Assembly: GCF_006345805.1 (NCBI RefSeq)
Contig: NC_042998.1
Location: 6,634,001-6,698,000 of the forward strand
DNA from: Octopus sinensis
Taxonomy: Eukaryota
Length of the DNA stretch: 64,000 nt
Reading direction: 5' to 3'
Each line of letters starts with the position of its first letter. Position 1 is the first letter of the stretch. This document shows, piece by piece, positions 12,275 through 24,217 of the stretch. The position numbers and the translations under genes are program-made. A model generated the notes under the pieces. The model saw nothing but the letters and a program-made list of their open reading frames with translations. It did not search any database and was not told the DNA's origin.

Positions 12275-12750
12275 AAACTCTACTTGTGAAGATCCTTTGA
12301 GGCAAGTGGAAATCAGAACCAAAATCAAAGTCGATCAACATCAATGGAAATTGTAGCTGTGATACCAGTGCCGGTGGTACGTAAGCAAACCGTCCGATCG
12401 TGACTGTTGCCAGCGCCGCCCCGACTGGACTTCGTGCCGGTGGCACGTAAAAAGCACCATCCGACCGTGGCCGTTTGCCAGCCTTGCCTGGCCCCCGTGC
12501 CGGTGGCACGTAAAAAGCACCATCCGACCGTGGCCGTCTGCCAGCTCCGTCTGGCACGTGTGCTGGTGGCACGTAAAAAGCACCCACTACACTCACGGAG
12601 TGGTTGGCGTTAGGAAGGGAATCCAACTATAGAAACATTGCCAGATCAGACTGGGCCTGGTGCAGCCTTCTGGCTTCCCAGACCCCAGTTGAACCGTCCA
12701 ACCCATGCTAGCATGGAAAACGGACGCTAAATGATGATGATGATGATGAT
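12275..12750 (+). mobile_element. RTE LINE 3' UTR with ~61-bp internal repeats and (GAT)n tail
   Basis: gtgccggtggcacgtaaaaagcaccatccgaccgtggcc units, then ggagtggttggcgttaggaaggg...gatgatgat. Same 3' end as the ORF2-bearing copies at 32-35 kb and 56.6-58.2 kb. Confidence 0.85.
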
Positions 12751-12773
12751 ATGGTACAATATGATATATTTAT

Positions 12774-13468
12774 GAAGGCACATGGCTCAGTTGTTAGAGC
12801 ATCAGGCTTGCAATCATGAGGTAGTGAGTTCCATTCCCTGACTGGGTTGTGTGTTGCGTTCTTGATAAGCAAGGTACTTTATTTCCTGTTGCTCCAGTTC
12901 ACTCAGCTGTAGAAATGAGTTGTGACATCACAGGTGCCAAGCTTCTTGCTTTCCCTTAGATAACACTAGCAGTATCGCCCGGCGTTGCTCGGGTTTGTAA
13001 GGGAAATAACTATATAAGCATTTTTAGAGAGTTATAGCCAAAAAATAGCAAATTATGGTAAATTTTTTTTTAAATCGTTGACTCATCGTAGATATTTTTA
13101 GAGAGTTACTTCCCTTATATAATAGCGAAAAAAATGCATTAAAATGGAAAAAATGATGGTAAATTATTTTTTAAATCGTAGACTCACCGTAGACACACGC
13201 TAATACCCAGAAGGGCTCGATATGAATCACGACTTTGGTTAAACTGCACCGCAAAATGTGGGAGTAGTTAGGAATCTAAATCGTAGGAGACAGACACACA
13301 ACTTGACTTTTATTTATAAAGATTAGTGGCATGGAGTGGAGAGGCTGGCATGCATGGGTAACTGTTGTACATTCATATACAACCTTGTCTGGACGAGTAC
13401 CTCAGAGAGGAACTTTCAGGGTGTAATCCCATGGTCCCTTACAACCAAAGGGGATCCTTCAGTCTACC
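12774..13468 (+). mobile_element. SINE family E (tRNA head, CORE/V-like ttgctccagttcactcagctg), split by an insertion
   Basis: The two halves rejoin to match the uninterrupted copy at 48372-48684 (-). Confidence 0.75.
12966..13322 (+). mobile_element. Non-autonomous Helitron/Helentron-like (HINE) element inserted in SINE E
   Basis: 5' CTAGcagtatcgCCCGGCGTTGCtCGGG, 3' cagacagacacacaac...tttatttataaaga, no TSD. This architecture resembles DINE-1/Lep1-type elements. Confidence 0.65.
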
Positions 13469-13665
13469 ATTTGATATATTCAAAAAAATTTTAATGGATT
13501 AATAAATATCAGACTGACCTGCTTTAGAAGTTTATTGATTTGAATCTGTTAAATACAGTTTAACTCTACATTTCATAGTTTATTTTTATATTTTAAGTAT
13601 ACATTTAGACTGTTTCCAGAAAATCATAAAATCCTGAAAGCTAAGACACTTTTGGTCCCAATCTT

Positions 13666-13875
13666 ATTTCTTTATTGCCCACAAGGGGCTAAACATAGAG
13701 GGGACAAACAAGGACAGACAAACGGATTAAGTTGATTACATCGACTCCAGTGTGTAACTGGTACTTAATTTATCGATCCTGAAAGGATGAAAGGCAAAGT
13801 TGACCTTAGCGGAATTTGAACTCAGAATGTAAAAATGGACGAAATACCGCTAACATTTTTGCCAGCTCGCCACTT
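13666..13875 (-). mobile_element. SINE family B with 24-bp TSD
   Basis: TSD taagacactt(t/c)tggtcccaatctt at 13642-13665 and 13876-13899. Confidence 0.9.
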
Positions 13876-13927
13876 TAAGACACTTCTGGTCCCAATCTTG
13901 CTGGATAATTGGTCCAGTGCTGTATGT

Positions 13928-14110
13928 AGAGGTGCATGGCCTGGTGGTTAGAATGTTGCACTCATGACCTTAAAAATTGTGGTTTCAATTCATGGACTGG
14001 GCAATGTATTATGTTCTTAGTAAAACACGTCATTTCACATTCCTCCAGTCCACCCAGCTGGCAAAAAATGAGCAACCCAGTGATAGACTGGTGCTAGGTG
14101 CAGAAGATGG
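13928..14110 (+). mobile_element. SINE family E (degenerate)
   Basis: ggtgcatggcctggtggttaga head; ctccagtccacccagctggcaaaaaatgag core. Confidence 0.7.
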
Positions 14111-14802
14111 AGAAAATATACTTGGCACAGAATCAGGGAAACCAGTCTCACAAACCAATGTCTCAGGAAGCAATTACAAATTATTGGGATAACCCTATTC
14201 TTTTTTTCTTGGTAGCCAAGATTTGAAAAATAAATTCAACATAACATTATGCTCTGATTGTCTTTTATATTGATCCATTCTGAAGATGTGTTATGGCAAA
14301 TGCTGACCATTTCACTAAACTGGTATGTCGCCTAAATCAGTGACATAAAGCCAATTACTGTTCGTCAAATTATTCTGCAGACAATATAACTTGTGAGGTA
14401 CATAAAAGAAAAACAGAGAGAAGCGTCAAAACTATGATCCTTCTGTTATCGTAAACTTAAGAAGTAAAAAAGTTAATTAACACAATAATTTTCTATTTCC
14501 TGGTCTGTTTTGTAACCAAATGATCCACTTATAGAGAATAATGTCTTTTTTAGATAATTTTGTTGTTGTTGTTGTTGTCTATACTGAAATAAATTAGATG
14601 ATCTAAATTTACATAAGAAAGCTATACAAAAGTGTCTTAGATGCAACTGACTGTTGAGACATAATGAGAAAGACGTAAGTTGACAATATCATAATGATTA
14701 AGTTTATTGAACTTAATCAATGTCTTATTGATTTTTATTGATTAAAAAATAACGATGAGTAGAAAGAGAACTAAAAGAATCATCTGTCTACGTGTTACAT
14801 AC

Positions 14803-14859
14803 CTGTTCATGCACAGACGTTTGTGTATATTAGTTCACTTTCTATATGAGCAAAGAAAT
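14803..14859 (-). other. Candidate 57-nt exon (stop in all frames; terminal or non-coding)
   Basis: Acceptor tttactttatgtaggtttgcag, donor AACAG|gtatgt. Best frame xFFAHIESELIYTNVCA*. Confidence 0.3.
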
Positions 14860-15163
14860 CTGCAAACCTACATAAAGTAAAAACCAGTGTGAATATTTTT
14901 ACTACCAATGAGTATTTATTTTATACACACAGCACAAAAAGAATGCACAATGTTTGATAAATGAATTGGGACCCTCAATGGGGACTGCAAGACTGCAACA
15001 AACAAAATCTTAAGTGGTTGTGGAAAGACGTGATAACACCAAGCACTCATTAGAAAATGTATGTCTATGATGAAATCAGTTGAGATATAAAGTGAATAAT
15101 TTTAAAAGGGTGAGCTGGTAAACTTCTGCTCAGATGGATTGTCAACCCCTGTGTGTATATGTG

Positions 15164-15222
<59 letters not shown>

Positions 15223-15387
15223 TGATGTGGTCACAGGAGTGTGACGAAAGAACTCTGGCCGAAATATGATTAAGATTAATGTAAAAAATAAATAACACTG
15301 AAGCAAAATAACACCAAATATATAGTGCGTGTGTTTTTATTGGCTAAACTTGCAAAATGACCATTCCAAAATATAACAATATATATA

Positions 15388-15720
15388 ATCATCATTTTAT
15401 GGCCGCTTTCCATGCTGGCATGGGCTGGACGGTTTGACTCAGGACTGGTCAGCCAGAAGCTGCACTAGGCTCAATCTGATCTGGCAAAGTTTCTACAGCT
15501 GGATGCTCTTCCTAACGCCAACCACTCTGAGAGTGTAGTGGGTGCTTTTATGTGCCACCAGCACAAGAGCCAGTCAGGCAATGACCACTCTCAAAAGGTG
15601 TTTTTACGTGCTACCTGCCCTGGAGCCAGCCCAGCGGCACTGGTAACGTCCACGCTCGAATGTTGTTTTTCACATGCCACCAGTACATGTGCTGGTAAAA
15701 TGACACTGGCAACGATCATA
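15388..15720 (-). mobile_element. RTE LINE 3' tail fragment
   Basis: catcatt...gctttccatgctggc...gatgctcttcctaacgccaaccactc, with TA runs on both sides. Confidence 0.8.
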
Positions 15721-15848
15721 CTTGATATATATATATATATATACACACACATGCATGAATTATATGTCTATAAATACATTTACACTCGATATGTATGTAT
15801 GTATGTATATATATGTGTATGTATGTATGATGTATATGCGTGTATGTA

Positions 15849-15921
<73 letters not shown>

Positions 15922-16120
15922 ATTATATGTCAATAAATACGTTTAAGTACATAAAAATTGTATAAACAAATGTATTTTAACGATCATAAATATATTAAAT
16001 TTAAATGTAGAAAACTTGTACAGAATCAAATAAAATATGAAATTATGGAAATATAAAATTATCTATTGACAGTAGTGGGATTCAAATTTTTCTGAAATCA
16101 CGTTGCTCTTCTTTTTTTCC

Positions 16121-17328
16121 CATAAGATGTACCCAGTGCAAGCGATGGATACGTAAGAGCTGCAACAATATCAGAGGAAGGTTAACTGGGAAGATAGGTT
16201 TCATGTGTGGGAGGTGCACAGATACAATAAGCGCTAGAAATGTACAGAAAATAGACTCCATCAAATACCAGTGGGGTAAGCTAGAGGTAGTTGATAGCAT
16301 CCATTATCTAGGTGACCAGGTTAGTAGTGGAGGTGGATGTTTCGGGAGCATAGCTGCAAGAATAAGAATTGGCTGGGCAAAGTTCAGAGAGCTCCTACCT
16401 CTGTCGGCAACAAAAGGCTTCTCCATCAGAGTGAAAGTTAGATTGTATGTTGCCTGTGTGTGAACAGATGTGCTACATGACTGTGAAATATGGGCTGTGA
16501 TCTGCAAGGACATGCATAGGCTTGAAAGAAATGAAGCTAGCATGCTTTGCTGGATGTACAATGTCAGTGTGCATGTATGACAGTGTAAACATCTTGAGAA
16601 AAAAGCTGGACATAAAAGGTATCATATGTGGTGTGCAAGAGAGACAGCTGTGATGCATATGGATTAGGACAGCTGTGTAAAGAAGTGCTGATCTCTAACA
16701 GTGGGAGAGGTAGACCCAGGAAGACATGAGACAAGGCAGTGAAGCATGATCTTCAAACATTGGGCCTCACAGAGGCAATGACTAGTGACTGAGACCTTTG
16801 GCGATATGCTGTGCTTGAGAAGAAAACCCATCAAACTAAGTGGAATCATAGCCATGGCTGATGCCAGTGTCACGCACCTGGTACCAGTGCCAGTGACACA
16901 TAAAAAGCATCTGTCAAACAATGAGCCTCATGGAGGCAATGTGATCAATACCAGTGTTGTGTAAGTGACACCTGTGCCAGCCACACATAAAATGCAACTC
17001 TCGAGCATTGGGCCTCATGAAGGCAATGACAAATGACCAAGACCTTTGGCAATATGTTGTGCTTGAGAAGAAGACCCATTAAGCCAAATGAAATCATAGT
17101 CGTGGCAGAGACTGGTGTCATACAACTGGCACCTGTGCCAGTGGCATGTAAAATGCACCCATTACACTCTCAGAATTGTTGGCATTAAGAAGAGCATCCA
17201 GCTGTAGAAATCAAATTATGCCAAATCAGACTGGAGTCTGGTGCAGCCCCTCATCTTATCAGTCTTGGTCAAACCATCAGCCTATGCCAGTATGGACAAT
17301 GGACATTAAAAGATGATGACGATGATGA
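16121..17328 (+). mobile_element. 5'-truncated, decayed RTE LINE (ORF2 C-terminus plus 3' UTR)
   Basis: CGRCTDTI...KLEVVDSIHYLGDQVSSGGGCFGSIAARIRIGWAKFRELLPL...RVKVRLYVACV with stops and frameshifts; (GAT)n tail. Confidence 0.9.
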
Positions 17329-18236
17329 TTTTGGTTTACAAAATTAGAAATCAGTTTCCAATATTTTTTTCATTTACACTCCTAAATATTTTTGCAATGG
17401 AATAGTATTTATATCATTCAAATAAATAAACAAATAACAATAATGTTTGTATAGTAAGATACATTTTATCATCAGGCTGTAAATATTTCTATACCGAGGT
17501 TTGATTTTCATCACATATTTCATTGGTTGCATGTTCTACCCTTTTGTCATCAGGGGTGTGATTTTCTCTCGGTCACATTATTCAAACAGAATCCATATAA
17601 TCCTTCAAACTCAATGGGAGGCTGATCAAATTAATCACCATAAGAGTTGCCACAATTTTCTTTTTCACTTTAAGGGGATTCCTTTTATCAGAATATATAA
17701 CGTCCATCATTGAAAATATTCTTTCTGCCTCTGCAGAATTAAAGGTAATGGTATTAATGATTTTTCTTCCTTTTATTTCTTCTTTTTCTCCTTTTCTTCT
17801 TGCTCTGTTGTTAGGATTTTATTATGGTAATTTTGGGTAACATTCAGAAGTTATTGGCAGAGATCATATGGGGAAAATTGTTTACAGAATTCATCTAAAT
17901 TTTCTTCAGCAGCTTTACAGGGTAGAACTCCATCAGTGCTTCAAGAATCTGGGTTGACAACATATACCAACCACTATATAAACTCTGTTAGTTTCTTGAG
18001 CATTATTTCTTGATTTTAAAACCTTACAATTCATCAGATTCAGTTTCATATTTCTTATTACTTTATCCAGTAATCTTTAGAAAGGAAAGCTCAGATATTT
18101 CTTTATTTTCAATAAACTCAATTTGCTGAAATGCTTTCCAGGAAATGGCTTCATCCATTTTCCTTACGGAAGGTATCCTTTCTACTTTTGTGTGTTTTGA
18201 TAGCCTTGATTATACTATGTATTAATTTTTCAGCTC

Positions 18237-19714
18237 AAGGATATTTAAATTTCTTGCTTGAAGAGAATTTGACAGGGAAAAAATTCTTCTTCCCACACAT
18301 CATCTATCATGATTGCTAAACCTTCCAGTTAAGTTTTGAGGAAAATCTAGTTTGCTTTTCCTGTTTTTTTTGCCTTACAAGAAAAATATTCGAGCAATGC
18401 TGGATGTTAAGTACACCATACAATAACAGCTCATCTAAGACTGCAGGTAGCCTATCTTGGTTCCAAAATTCTACTGATCTTCAGGATTTCTAAACCAAAT
18501 AACTTGAAATATTGGTTTCAAATTTTGGCACAAAGCCAGAAATTCTTGAGGAGTGAGTGAGTCAATTACATTGACCCCAATGTCCAACTGCTACTTATTT
18601 TATTGACCCTGAAAGAATGAAAGACAATGTTGACTTTGGAGGAATTTGAACTCAAAACATACAGATGGACGAAATGCCACTAAGCATTTTTCCTGGCATA
18701 TTAATGGTTCTGCTAGCTTGCTTGCTTTAATAACCTGAAATATCAAATTTCCTTTTGGTCTCATTTAACCTTTTCGATACCAACTAACCTGAAATCACCC
18801 CTGGCTCTGTAGTACAAATGTCTTGTTTTTAAAAAGTTCTCTATTAAAATCTTCCACTAAACCATAGTCACAATTAATGTTCCTAACACTAGCTTAATGA
18901 TAACTAAGTTATTTTACTAAATTCTTTGTTATATTTAAAATTAATTAAAAGAAACACAGAGCATCTCAACAAAAAAAGGATATTTAAATTTCTTGCTTGA
19001 AGAGAATTTGACAGGGAAAAAATTCTTCTTCCCACACATCATCTATCATGATTGCTAAACCTTCCAGTTAAGTTTTGAGGAAAATCTAGTTTGCTTTTCC
19101 TGTTTTTTTTGCCTTACAAGAAAAATATTCGAGCAATGCTGGATGTTAAGTACACCATACAATAACAGCTCATCTAAGACTGCAGGTAGCCTATCTTGGT
19201 TCCAAAATTCTACTGATCTTCAGGATTTCTAAACCAAATAACTTGAAATATTGGTTTCAAATTTTGGCACAAAGCCAGAAATTCTTGAGGAGTGAGTGAG
19301 TCAATTACATTGACCCCAATGTCCAACTGCTACTTATTTTATTGACCCTGAAAGAATGAAAGACAATGTTGACTTTGGAGGAATTTGAACTCAAAACATA
19401 CAGATGGACGAAATGCCACTAAGCATTTTTCCTGGCATATTAATGGTTCTGCTAGCTTGCTTGCTTTAATAACCTGAAATATCAAATTTCCTTTTGGTCT
19501 CATTTAACCTTTTCGATACCAACTAACCTGAAATCACCCCTGGCTCTGTAGTACAAATGTCTTGTTTTTAAAAAGTTCTCTATTAAAATCTTCCACTAAA
19601 CCATAGTCACAATTAATGTTCCTAACACTAGCTTAATGATAACTAAGTTATTTTACTAAATTCTTTGTTATATTTAAAATTAATTAAAAGAAACACAGAG
19701 CATCTCAACAAAAA
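18237..19714. repeat. Essentially perfect 739-bp tandem duplication (18237-18975 / 18976-19714)
   Basis: aaggatatttaaatttcttgc...gcatctcaacaaaaa is repeated at an offset of 739. The unit contains hAT sequence, a SINE B and a MITE. Confidence 0.95.
18510..18730 (-). mobile_element. Old SINE B subfamily (duplicated at ~19250-19470)
   Basis: gaatttgaactcaaaac B-box on the minus strand; TSD aataac(t/c)tgaaatat. Confidence 0.8.
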
Positions 19715-19734
19715 TATGGTAACAAAAAGGTTAA
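19504..19734. mobile_element. piggyBac-like MITE (truncated copy at 18765-18975)
   Basis: TTAA|ccttttcgatacc ... ggtaacaaaaagg|TTAA. Confidence 0.7.
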
Positions 19735-19953
19735 TCAGTGAAAAATTTTCTATATTTTATCAGTAAATATTTGAAAGTAGTATATTTGATTTGTATTTTT
19801 GACTGAACCATGCAAAGCAAGTTGATGGTGACTCCAACAGTGTCAAATTATGATCTCAGGAAATCATTAGGTCTAGCACTCCTTCCTGAATTCCTTGTCA
19901 GAACAAAATGCAATGAGGTTATTTTTCAGACATTCATCAAAATTCAGACCTTG

Positions 19954-20327
19954 TTACTCTTTTACTTGTTTCAGTCATTTGACTGTGGCTATGCTGGAGC
20001 ACTGCCTTTAGTCGAACAAATCGACCCCAGGACTTATTCTTTGTAAGCCTAGTACTTATTCTATCGGTCTCTTTTGCCGAACTGCTAAGTTATGTGGACA
20101 TAAACACTCCAGCATTGGTTGTCAAGTGATGTTGGGGGGACAAGTGCAGATATACATACATATGACTGGCTTCTTTCAGTTTCCGTCTACCAAATCCACT
20201 CACAAGGCTTTGGTCGGCCCAAGGCTATAGTAGAAGACACTTGACCAAGGTGCCATGCAGTAGGACTGAACCTGGAACCATGTGGTTGGTAAGCAAGCTA
20301 CTTACCACACAGCCACTCCTACGCCTA
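19954..20327 (-). mobile_element. SINE family A
   Basis: Reverse-complement copy from tail (ctcttttacttg) to head (ccactcctacgcct). Confidence 0.9.
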
Positions 20328-20589
20328 TACAGAAATGTATATTGTATTTGGATCTTATTCTTTCAACTTAACCAAATCAAGAAAAATTGTGAAAAATTAT
20401 ATTATCTTCACTCTTCACAAAAATGATAAAAACTGGCTAACTTTAAATCATTGAAACTTCATCAATTTTTGTTGAACTACTTTCATAAGTATTTCATTTT
20501 TCATTTCCTTCATGCTGAGGTCAACCACTTTAACAGTTGGCTTATGAGGATGATGTCCTATACTCAGGCATAATTCTTTTTTTTTTTAA

Positions 20590-20821
20590 TGATTTCCATC
20601 CGATCGTGGCCGTTCGCCAGCCTCATCTGGCACCTGTGTCGGTGGCACATAAAATCACCCACTACACTCTCGGAGTGGTTGGCGTTAGGAAGGGCATCCA
20701 GCTGTAGAAACACTGCCAGATCTGACTGGCCTGGTGCAGCCTTCTGGCTCCCCAGACCCCAGTTGAACCGTCCAACCCATGCTAGCATGGAAAGCGGACG
20801 TTAAATGATGATGATGATGAT
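20590..20821 (+). mobile_element. RTE LINE 3' tail
   Basis: ggagtggttggcgttaggaagggcatccagctgtagaaac...gatgatgat. Confidence 0.85.
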
Positions 20822-21881
20822 TGTTCAATCTAATTTTCAGGATTCCTATTTGGCTTGTTGCATTTTGCCAAACTGTAGACAGTTTTAGAAATTGCTCATG
20901 GTGCTTATATATTTTTTATTCATTTTGTTAATAGATTTTGTAAATGGTTAAATTTGAAGAGCTATATCCTTTCCACCATGGTACTTTCTCATTGGACCCA
21001 TGGTTTATGCTGAGTCTGAGGACGATAAAGTAAATTTTGTGTCCTTTGAGCAAGAGAGGTCAAGCTTACTGGGGGTGACTTCTTGGTATCAAGAGCCCAT
21101 GAGTGTTAAATTTCTAATGCAGAGGTTCCAAGCACTTTTCTTCTCATGGTAATGGAGATAAATTTCAATTTTTTAGTGGAGGAAGATAGATACCCCCTAA
21201 GACCTCCACATCATTTATCTTTCATTATTTTTTACTTTTACTAGGCAAGTCAAAATGTAGCCTAGTCACTCTCCCTCACTAGAGTACATTTCTGTATGCC
21301 TAAATGTCATCTCGGCTTTTATTGGGAAAACATGAAATGAAGGTAACCAAAATTTTTTATTCCATTTTGAAAGACATACTACATTTCCATTATATACAAG
21401 TTCTTCAACCAAACCTAATCTTCTATCATATTTTATTTTATAAGGAATAAATATATGAAGTACCATACAGAATATTTTGAGTATAATTAAAAACAATATT
21501 TTTTTTCATATATTTTAATTCTAGCTTTTCTGGTTCTGTTCATTTAATTAAGAATATTATCTCACCTGTGACCACATACTCACTGTTTATTCATTTTTTT
21601 TTACAGGCAATACTTTTTACATACAAAACATAATTATTGTAGAAGCAAAACTAAAAAATATAAAAGCTAAAGAGATTTTTTTTTTTTCAAAAATTATAGC
21701 CATTTTATAAACATTGCACAAATATTTTATTCAATAACAAAAATTGTATAGAAACACCAATGAGGGACACAAGACAAAGGAGGAAGATGTCAATAAAGCA
21801 GCAACAGAGGAATTAAAAGATACAAGTCAAAGGGCAGAGCAGCTAATGTAAATCAAACAATTTAAAACAAAAGATGTCTGA

Positions 21882-22095
21882 GCATGTTCATATTCTCAAG
21901 AAACACCTTGAGGACATTGTATGTCACCTCAGAGATCAGGTTCCTTTGGCACTTGACACCATCGTGACAACCAAAGCTTCAGGCGACCGACCGACCGGCT
22001 TAGAAATTCCTTGGATATTATCATGTGGAACATTGTATTTGCACTTGATGCCATTCTTGCTCAGTTCCTTTGTTGTCCTTGTCACTTCCAGACGA
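21882..22095 (-). pseudogene. H4: Histone H4 pseudogene
   Basis: Minus-strand frames give SGSDKDNKG / LSKNGIKCKYNVPHDNIQGISKP / [28 protein letters not shown] / EHA, against H4 [60 protein letters not shown]...EHA. ATG lost, frameshifts, C-terminus missing. Confidence 0.85.
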
Positions 22096-22989
22096 GAGGA
22101 TCAAGAGGAGAGTGATAGAAAATCAAGCAGAAGAAGAATAGTAAACAGCCATGTAAACAATTTTTTGGAATTAATAACTGACCAAAAAAAAGAAAAAAAA
22201 AAGAAAAACAATTTTGATAAAATCTTTAATTTATTTTTTTACAAACATTTTGAAGTTTCTTTGTTCCATTGATATTCAAATGCAAATAATCATTTTTTAA
22301 AATCATTTAAATAAAAATAGAAATTAGTTTTTCATAAAACAAATTTAGCAGTGATAAATTTTTAATGCATAATTCCATTAACTTATAAAATTTTAATATA
22401 TTTGAGGAATTTTTCTCAATGTAATTCAGAGTCCTAGATTTTATACTAAGTAATATTATTTTAATTATGAACTATTTGTATTGATTAAATAAATCTTAAT
22501 TTGAAAACAAGTGAAATGTACTATTTAATAAGCTTAGATGTATTTATTTCTTCTTTAAATCTAAGAATAATCATATTCTCAAAGAATCTTAACATTTTTA
22601 TTAAATTTGAATGAAAAATGATATCTTTTGCACCTAAAAACACTGTTTTGCACCAAAGATTTGCACCTAAAAACCTAATTCGGCTTTTTTGCGCCTAAAA
22701 TCTGCTCTCTACATTTTCTGTTATTAAATATGCATACTTTCAACATACTGGAAAAATCAGAAAATGTTTAGTATTGCTGCTCTCATAAAATAATAATAAT
22801 AATATAATAATAATAATAATGAAAGCTATATGCCATACATCCATCTTGGTGGAAGCCAACCAAAAGTGAAACTGGATTAAAACCAGTTAAAACTTGAAAC
22901 CAAATCAGTGTTAATCCTCTTCTCAAATGATTTAGTTAATTTCATTTTTACAAAGCTTTTAATGTCACACAGTTTTATTAGCACCCTCC

Positions 22990-23212
22990 TTAACCCTTTT
23001 GATACTAAACTGCTCAAGATTGCCCTTGGTTTTATGTTACAGACCCAAATTTTTAAAGTGATCTAAAACTTCCTTTTAACCTATCATGTTATATTATGTT
23101 CCAAATATCAGTTTAATAATGATGGAGTTATTTTGCTATATTCATTACTTGCAAGATTAACTGAAAGTAAAACCGTGTATTTCTTCCAGAAATTTGATAA
23201 CAAAAGGATTAA
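22990..23212. mobile_element. piggyBac-like MITE (degenerate)
   Basis: TTAA|cccttttgat ... aacaaaagga|TTAA. Confidence 0.55.
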
Positions 23213-23326
23213 ATTTGACCAATTTTCATTTCATAAGCCTTGTCATCATAATTATAAGGAAGGATTTTCATTATCAGAGGCCCTCATTTAGGTTTTATAA
23301 GGAAGCTAAAGCTCATCTATACTACT

Positions 23327-23580
23327 TTTTGTTGTGTCTAGGGAGAGTCATTATGCCAATATAATTAACACACACGCACACTGGTTCGATTTTATTCCTT
23401 TTCTTTATTATTACTCAATTGGTTAAATATGCAACTAATTCTTTTTATATAGCAACCGACAAACAAAACAAATTAGCTGGATATTTAACCAATTGACAAA
23501 TAATAAAGAAAAGGAGTGGAATTGAACGAGTGTGTGTGTTAATTATATTGGCATAATGACTCACCCTAGACATAATAAAA
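23327..23580. repeat. Fold-back palindrome (~110-bp arms)
   Basis: tgtctagggagagtcattatgccaatataattaacacac... pairs with ...gtgtgttaattatattggcataatgactcaccctagaca. Confidence 0.9.
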
Positions 23581-24217
23581 TTTGTTTCAACACATGAATT
23601 CACATAAAGAATCTTGCAAACCAGATACAAAAAGGAAGTCATCTATAGTATTTTTCTCTAAAATAAGAGACAACATATACTTTTGATGAGCATTACAAAA
23701 TTATATTTCTTTTACTAAGATCCTTTACATAAGACTAATTAAAGCAAAATAATAAAATAAAAGGGATGTGATATTACTTAGAAGTTGCATCTATGTGTTA
23801 TTCTCTCATATTGAACATATTTTATAGTAATTATTTTATGTCATCCAACCGATTTTCTACTATGATGTCTCCAAATGTAATGGAATACTGGTCCTTTTCA
23901 ATGAATGTAAATGGCATTTAATTTGGTAAAGAACTGAATTAGCTAAAGTGTGTAGATGCCACACTTTTGTCTTTTATTTGTTTCAGTCATTGTACTGTGG
24001 TCAAGCTGCTCTGGGTAAGGTTTGAAGTCAAATCCTCCATATATCTCCCAATTTGTGAATAACACAAGCACTCTGTATAAGTATGCCATGCAAAGTGATT
24101 GTGTCATCAGAGTAGATGGCAACATCTTTAAACATTTAAGTTAATGAACAACTAACAAATAATGTGTATCTACAGTGATAACCTTCAAGTTTGACCCCTA
24201 TCATTTGTTTGGTTACT

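Larger units (their letters stand above)
17480..21100 (-). mobile_element. Fossil hAT transposase, KIAA1586-like, fragmented by later insertions
   Basis: Ordered minus-strand fragments: KTVYSLAKCNKP (~20.87 kb), KIDEVS (~20.46 kb), LKNNLIAFCSD...FPEIII*HC (~19.9 kb), EPR*ATCSLR*AVIVW (~18.44 kb), LEGLAIMIDD (~18.3 kb), NTITFNSAEAERIFSMMDVIYSDKRNPL (~17.7 kb, hAT dimerization motif). Similarity to KIAA1586 is recalled, not searched. Confidence 0.85.
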
